The notes below the pieces were generated by a model. The model saw only the letters and a program-made list of their open reading frames with translations. It ran no database searches and was not told the origin of the DNA. The position numbers were made by a program, and so were the translations under genes. Of a stretch of DNA of 64,000 bases, positions 59,125 through 64,000 are shown piece after piece. How positions within the stretch are numbered: the stretch's first letter is position 1; every line of letters begins with the position of its first letter. Source of the DNA: Patescibacteria group bacterium (GTDB taxonomy: Bacteria; Patescibacteriota; Patescibacteriia; Patescibacteriales; UBA12465); assembly GCA_041649315.1 (NCBI GenBank), contig JBAZNJ010000001.1, positions 284,549 through 348,548 on the forward strand. The letters run 5' to 3'.

Positions 59125-59544
59125 ATGAAAAAAACTTTTTTAATAATCGCTTTAATTTCCTTTATCGGCTTAAGCGGCGCCATAATCGCGGCACAAGCGC
59201 AGAGTCAGGGGTTGATAACCGACACGACGGCTTTAGAAACTTTAACGACTGATATGGCCTCGGCCGCCAATCTCGGCCAAACCGATATTGGGAATTTAGT
59301 CGCTTCTATAATTAGGATTGTTCTCGGTTTCTTAGGCATAATCTTCCTTGTCTTGACGATTGTTGCCGGCTTCCGTTGGATGACCGCCGGCGGCAATGAA
59401 GAACAAATAAAAAAAGCCCAGGGAATACTCCAGGCCGCGCTAATCGGCTTAGTTATCGTCCTGATGGCCTACGCAATAACTTACTTCGTCTTCAAATATC
59501 TACCGGTTAGCGGGGGCGGGGGTGGGATGCCTAATCCAAAATAA
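59125..59544 (+). CDS. Pilin-like two-TM secreted protein, array member 6 (Gly-rich C-terminus)
   Basis: LVASIIRIVLGFLGIIFLVLTIVAGFRWMTAGGNEEQIKKAQGILQAALIGLVIVLMAYAITYF. Confidence 0.6.
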   Translation: MKKTFLIIALISFIGLSGAIIAAQAQSQGLITDTTALETLTTDMASAANLGQTDIGNLVASIIRIVLGFLGIIFLVLTIVAGFRWMTAGGNEEQIKKAQGILQAALIGLVIVLMAYAITYFVFKYLPVSGGGGGMPNPK

Positions 59545-59562
59545 ATTAATAAAATATTATTT

Positions 59563-59597
59563 AAAAAAGGATGTTTACACATCCTTTTTTTATTTTT
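59563..59597 (+). terminator. Rho-independent terminator closing the pilin-like array
   Basis: aaaaaaggatgtttacacatccttttttt. Confidence 0.7.
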
Positions 59598-59615
59598 TAG
59601 GTTTAGGTTTAACGT

Positions 59616-60320
59616 CTATCTCTCAGGCAACAAAACCATATAATCATATTTTTTGCCCTTATGATAGTATCCTATATTCCCCCCTGTTTTTTTTTGGATT
59701 GCCTTCCTGTCATAAGCGGATTCAAAAACTGTCAAATAAGTTCCCGGGCCAGGAATATTAAAAATAAATTCTCCTCCATTTGCCGAAAGATCCGTCCCTC
59801 GAAAAAAATTCCCAGGGCCTGTCACTGTAACAAATACCAATTCATTCCAATAATTTATTATGATGCCTTTCAAAGAATCTTTTTGTTGATTATTCTTACT
59901 GTATTCTATAACAGCATAGGCGTCGGCTACTGCTTCAGCATTCCCCTTTAACTTAACATCTTCAGTTTCATCTTTGCTGGTAGCATTTATAATAAAAATA
60001 TTATGAGCGTTTGTAAGTTCATAAATTTTATCATTATAAGAATCAATACGATTATTATTCAATTTAATCTGATTATTAATTACTTGAAACTTAGAGCTAT
60101 CAGACGAACTAATTAAAAGCGCTAATAATCGATTATTTTTTTGTTCTAAATCGTCAATTTCGTTATAGTATTTATTTATCTGTTTATTAAATACTTTATT
60201 TGACTTTTTAATTTCCCGAATACTTTTATCACCGAATGAAATTTGGCTTTGCCCATAAGCTTCTGTTCCGGCAACCGCTGCGATTACCAGAATAATAATT
60301 ACAACAATTTTTTTCATCAT
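59616..60320 (-). CDS. Secreted hypothetical protein
   Basis: Signal peptide MMKKIVVIIILVIAAVAGTEAYGQ; Asn/Lys-rich mature part. Confidence 0.4.
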   Translation of the reverse strand: MMKKIVVIIILVIAAVAGTEAYGQSQISFGDKSIREIKKSNKVFNKQINKYYNEIDDLEQKNNRLLALLISSSDSSKFQVINNQIKLNNNRIDSYNDKIYELTNAHNIFIINATSKDETEDVKLKGNAEAVADAYAVIEYSKNNQQKDSLKGIIINYWNELVFVTVTGPGNFFRGTDLSANGGEFIFNIPGPGTYLTVFESAYDRKAIQKKTGGNIGYYHKGKKYDYMVLLPER

Positions 60321-60623
60321 TATCTGTTTTTTGGTTATTAAATATTTATTTTTTAAAGAGCGGTCTAACTAATGTCAAAAATCCGCTTTGTTTTTAATAA
60401 TCTTGAGAATTTTAACGCTTTTTATCGGTCAAAAATCTCTAAATTATTAAATAATTATATCATATTTATATATTTTTGTCAATAAGTTTTCCCCAGCCAT
60501 AATAGCGCCAGCTCTTGACTTTTTAAAGCGCCTGTGCTAAAGTAATCGGTCAAGAAAATCCCTGCTTTTATATCATTACTTATGGTAAAGTAGGGATTTT
60601 ATATTTGGCTAATATTAAATAAT

Positions 60624-61331
60624 ATGAAAATATTACAAAAATTAAGTGAGGAAGTTGTCCCTCTCAGTAGTAAGCAGGCCGTGGTCTTAATGACCATTAT
60701 CGCCTGCATTTTCCAATTCGTTCTCTTCTACGCGCCGGCCCTGGCCGAAGAAGCGGTGAGCCGCCAGATGACGGCGGAAGAAGAAAAATGGCGCCTGCTC
60801 GGGCAGGAAGATGCGCTTGCGGTAAGCGAGGAAGCGGCCTTAGAAAAACTTGCCGGATTAAAAGAAGAGGCCTCCGAGCTGATTGTGGCTAACGATTTAG
60901 TAATTAAAAGCGCAATCATGGATCCAGAAGCGGCTAAACTTATGGCCGAAGCCCAAAAGACCTATACGGTTGTCCGAACCAGCGTCCATGCGATGACCGC
61001 TTATAATTCCGAAGCGGCTCAAACCGATGCCAGCCCTTGTATTACGGCCAACGGCTTCAATGTCTGCGAGCATGGGATTGAAGACACTATCGCCGCCAAC
61101 TTTCTGAAATTCGGCACCAAGGTTCGTATTCCGGATTTATTCGGCGACCGGATTTTTATTGTCCGCGATCGGATGAACCAACGTTATCCGGATCGGGTTG
61201 ATATCTGGATGAAAGATAAAAGCGACGCCCTGCAATTTGGCGTTCGCACGGCTCGGATAGAAGTTATTGTTGAAGAAACTAAGCTCCCGGACAGCCAGGC
61301 CCCTAAAAATAGCCAAATCGCGAAAAAATAA
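60624..61331 (+). CDS. 3D-domain protein (cell-wall binding/lytic-transglycosylase-like)
   Basis: MTAYNSEAAQTDASPCITANG...GTKVRIPDLFGDRIFIVRDRMNQRYPDRVDIWM...ALQFGVR, typical 3D-domain blocks. Confidence 0.65.
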   Translation: MKILQKLSEEVVPLSSKQAVVLMTIIACIFQFVLFYAPALAEEAVSRQMTAEEEKWRLLGQEDALAVSEEAALEKLAGLKEEASELIVANDLVIKSAIMDPEAAKLMAEAQKTYTVVRTSVHAMTAYNSEAAQTDASPCITANGFNVCEHGIEDTIAANFLKFGTKVRIPDLFGDRIFIVRDRMNQRYPDRVDIWMKDKSDALQFGVRTARIEVIVEETKLPDSQAPKNSQIAKK

Positions 61332-61501
61332 ATTTAACCAAAAAAGGGAAATAATAAAATCAATTAAAATATAGAAGGCCGATGTGAAACGCTTGGTTAA
61401 AAAATTTATAATAAAACGCTAATTAAAATAAAAACGCCCTGATTCATTTACGTACTGAAGCGGGGCATTTTTATATGCTCTAAAAAATAAACCCGTGCGC
61501 C

Positions 61502-63913
61502 CTAAAAAAACAAACTTAATATCCCCTTGCTCCGCCGGATCTGTTTTTCTTTTTTAGTAATCGCCAAAGTCGTCGTAATAACCGTATCCGGATTTAAAGA
61601 TAAGCTATCAATTCCTTCTTCAACTAAAAATTCCGCGAAATCCGGAAAATCACTCGGACCCTGGCCGCAGATGCCAACTTTGCGGCCGCGTTTTTTTGCG
61701 GTTTTAATCAAAGACCGAATAAGTTCCTTGACCGCTTCATTTTTTTCATTAGAAACGCCGGCAATATTCAAGGTTCCGCCGGAATCGCGATCAATGCCTA
61801 AAGTAAGCTGGGTTAAATCATTGGAGCCGATTGAAAAACCGTCAAAAATATCGCAGAATTTATCCGCTAAAATTATATTAGACGGAATCTCGGCCATCAC
61901 ATAAATTTCCAAACCACCTTGGCCCCGGCACAAGCCGTTCTTGGCCATGATTTCCTGAACCCGGCGGCCTTCTTCAATCGTCCGGCAAAAAGGCACCATG
62001 ATTTTTAAATTCTTCAAGCCCATTTTTTCCCGAACTAAACGGATTGCCGCGCACTCCATCTCAAAAGCCGGCAAGAATTCCGACGCGTAATAACGGCTCG
62101 CCCCGCGCCAACCAATCATCGGATTAGCTTCTACCGGTTCATACTCCTGGCCGCCGATTAAATTAGCGTATTCATTGCTCTTAAAATCACTTAAACGCAA
62201 AATCACGTCTTTCGGATAGAAAGCGGCGGCAATCATCGCGATTCCTTGAGCCAGGCGGTCAATAAAATACTGCTTTTTATCATTATAACCGACGCTTAAC
62301 TTCGCGATTTTATTTTTTACCGCTTTATCCTTAAGCTTTCCGTAATTTATCAAGGCCAGGGGATGGATCTTAATATAATTATTGATAATAAATTCTATCC
62401 GGGCCAAACCGACGCCGTCATTTGGTATCTGGGAATTAAGAAAAGCCGTGTCCGGCTCGCCGATATTCATCATCATTTTTGTCTTGTTCTTAACTAAGCC
62501 CTTAACATCGGTCTTATCAACTTTATAGGGCAAGCGCCCCTCATAAACAAAACCGATCTCGCCTTCGGCACAGCTAACGGTCAGATCCCGGCCGCTCTTA
62601 ATCTTGCTCGTCGCGCCGAGAGCTCCGACCACGCAAGGAATCCCCATTTCCCGGGAAACAATGGCCGCATGGCAAGTCCGGCCGCCCTTGTCGGTAACAA
62701 TGGCCGAAGCGATTTTCATCACCGGCACCCAATCCGGATCAGTCATATCAGTCACTAAAACCTGGCCCGCTTTGAATTTATGAATATCCTTAACACTCAT
62801 TATTCGATTCGCTTCCCCGGCGCCAATCTTATTCCCAACGCTCTGGCCGCTCACGACAACCTTGCCGCGCTTCAGCAGTTTATAAGTTTCAATAACATTC
62901 CGATCCTTTTGGCTTTCAACGGTTTCCGGGCGCGCCTGGACAATATAGAGCTGATTATCGCGGCCGTCTAAAGCCCATTCAATATCCATCGGCCGCTTAT
63001 AATGTTTCTCAATCGCCAAGCCCCAAGCCGCTAATTTTTTAACCTGGGCATCATTTAAAGACGGCTTAATCTGTTCTGCCGGCGACAAAGCAATATTTTT
63101 AACCGGCTTGCGCCCGCTAGTATTATAAATCATTTTCATTGATTTTTTCCCGATGCGCCGGGAAATAATCGCACCAGTCGGCTTGAAAACATAAAATTCA
63201 TCCGGACTCACATGGCCTTGAACAATATTCTCGCCAAGACCAAAAATAGAATTTATCAAAACCGCATTCTGGAAACCGGATTCCGTATCAATCGTGAACA
63301 TCACGCCGGAAGAGCCGGAGTCAGCCCGGATCATCCGCTGGACGCCGACGGAAAGCGCAATGGAAAGATGATCAAATTTATTTTCTTCCCGATAAGCAAT
63401 GGCCCGATTCGTGAATAAGGACGCGATGCATTTTTTAATGGCAATTAAAAGATCAGCTTCGCCTTTTACATTCAAATAAGTTTCCTGCTGGCCGGCAAAG
63501 GAAGCGTCGGGCAGATCTTCGGCCGTCGCGCTGGAACGAACCGCGACATCAAGATTTTTAACTTTGCTTTCTTTTGATAAACGATGATAGGCCTTGATTA
63601 TCGCTTCTTTAAAATCTTTCGGAAATTCCGCGTCTAAGATTATTTTCCGCACCGTGGCCCCGCGCTTCATTAGATCCCGAACATCCTTGGCGTTAAGGCC
63701 TTTCAAGGCCGCTTTGATTTCTTTTTTTAAGCCGGACGCCTCTAAAAAATAGCGGTAGGCCGCGGCCGTAGTCGCAAAGCCGTTCGGGACTTTTATTCCT
63801 TTTTTAGCTAGTCGGACATACATCTCGCCAAGCGAAGCGTTCTTTCCACCGACTTTAGGGACATCTTTGATTGATAGTTCTTTAAAAAACCGGATAAAAT
63901 CCTTATTAGGCAT
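61502..63913 (-). CDS. ppsA: Phosphoenolpyruvate synthase (pyruvate, water dikinase)
   Basis: N-terminal ATP-grasp MPNKDFIRFF...VGGKNASLGEM, phospho-His swivel GGRTCHAAIVSREMGIPCVVG, and C-terminal PEP-utilising TIM barrel. Confidence 0.9.
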   Translation of the reverse strand: MPNKDFIRFFKELSIKDVPKVGGKNASLGEMYVRLAKKGIKVPNGFATTAAAYRYFLEASGLKKEIKAALKGLNAKDVRDLMKRGATVRKIILDAEFPKDFKEAIIKAYHRLSKESKVKNLDVAVRSSATAEDLPDASFAGQQETYLNVKGEADLLIAIKKCIASLFTNRAIAYREENKFDHLSIALSVGVQRMIRADSGSSGVMFTIDTESGFQNAVLINSIFGLGENIVQGHVSPDEFYVFKPTGAIISRRIGKKSMKMIYNTSGRKPVKNIALSPAEQIKPSLNDAQVKKLAAWGLAIEKHYKRPMDIEWALDGRDNQLYIVQARPETVESQKDRNVIETYKLLKRGKVVVSGQSVGNKIGAGEANRIMSVKDIHKFKAGQVLVTDMTDPDWVPVMKIASAIVTDKGGRTCHAAIVSREMGIPCVVGALGATSKIKSGRDLTVSCAEGEIGFVYEGRLPYKVDKTDVKGLVKNKTKMMMNIGEPDTAFLNSQIPNDGVGLARIEFIINNYIKIHPLALINYGKLKDKAVKNKIAKLSVGYNDKKQYFIDRLAQGIAMIAAAFYPKDVILRLSDFKSNEYANLIGGQEYEPVEANPMIGWRGASRYYASEFLPAFEMECAAIRLVREKMGLKNLKIMVPFCRTIEEGRRVQEIMAKNGLCRGQGGLEIYVMAEIPSNIILADKFCDIFDGFSIGSNDLTQLTLGIDRDSGGTLNIAGVSNEKNEAVKELIRSLIKTAKKRGRKVGICGQGPSDFPDFAEFLVEEGIDSLSLNPDTVITTTLAITKKEKQIRRSKGILSLFF

Positions 63914-64000
63914 AATATTTTTTGATTAATTTTAATTTTTAAAAAATTTTAGCTAATTTATTTGTTCTCTTAAAAAAACCGCAAAATTGGCTGCTTTTTA

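Overview
This window looks like a chromosome segment from a small-genome, low-GC bacterium of the CPR/Patescibacteria type (UvrA, SMC, YchF, TsaD/TsaE, rpsF-ssb-rpsR, EF-P, L19, LspA, PpsA, eight tRNAs). That assignment is inferred from gene content and composition only; no database search was run. The accessory content falls into five groups.

1. Two gene cassettes sit upstream of tRNA-Glu, bounded by copies of a ~137-bp repeat. One carries a Fic-domain gene. The other carries a cytosine-5 DNA methyltransferase plus a large P-loop Z1-like protein, which is likely a restriction-modification or defence module.
2. Downstream of the 3' end of tRNA-Glu there are GC-rich, strongly hairpinned ~170-190-bp units. 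Each is preceded by a copy of the last 16-17 nt of tRNA-Glu. A motif shared with these units also appears inverted next to tRNA-Cys.
3. Two copies of a ~155-bp GC-rich element with terminal inverted repeats lie 22 kb apart in opposite orientation. Each is followed by the same AT-rich tail in direct orientation.
4. There are seven paralogous small secreted proteins with two transmembrane helices. Six of them form a tandem array at 56.7-59.5 kb. All share a conserved W-M-T-A-x-G-N-E-E-K loop, and the topology resembles VirB2/TrbC (type IV secretion pilin-like). A hairpin arrangement that looks like a transcription attenuator sits between the first two array members.
5. A gene for a small internally duplicated protein lies beside two radical-SAM genes.

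Other notable items are a PurO-like (archaeal-type) IMP cyclohydrolase, two NYN-domain paralogues that each lie next to a tRNA, adjacent phospholipase D and patatin genes, and a ~0.9-kb non-coding AT-rich region with DnaA-box-like motifs.
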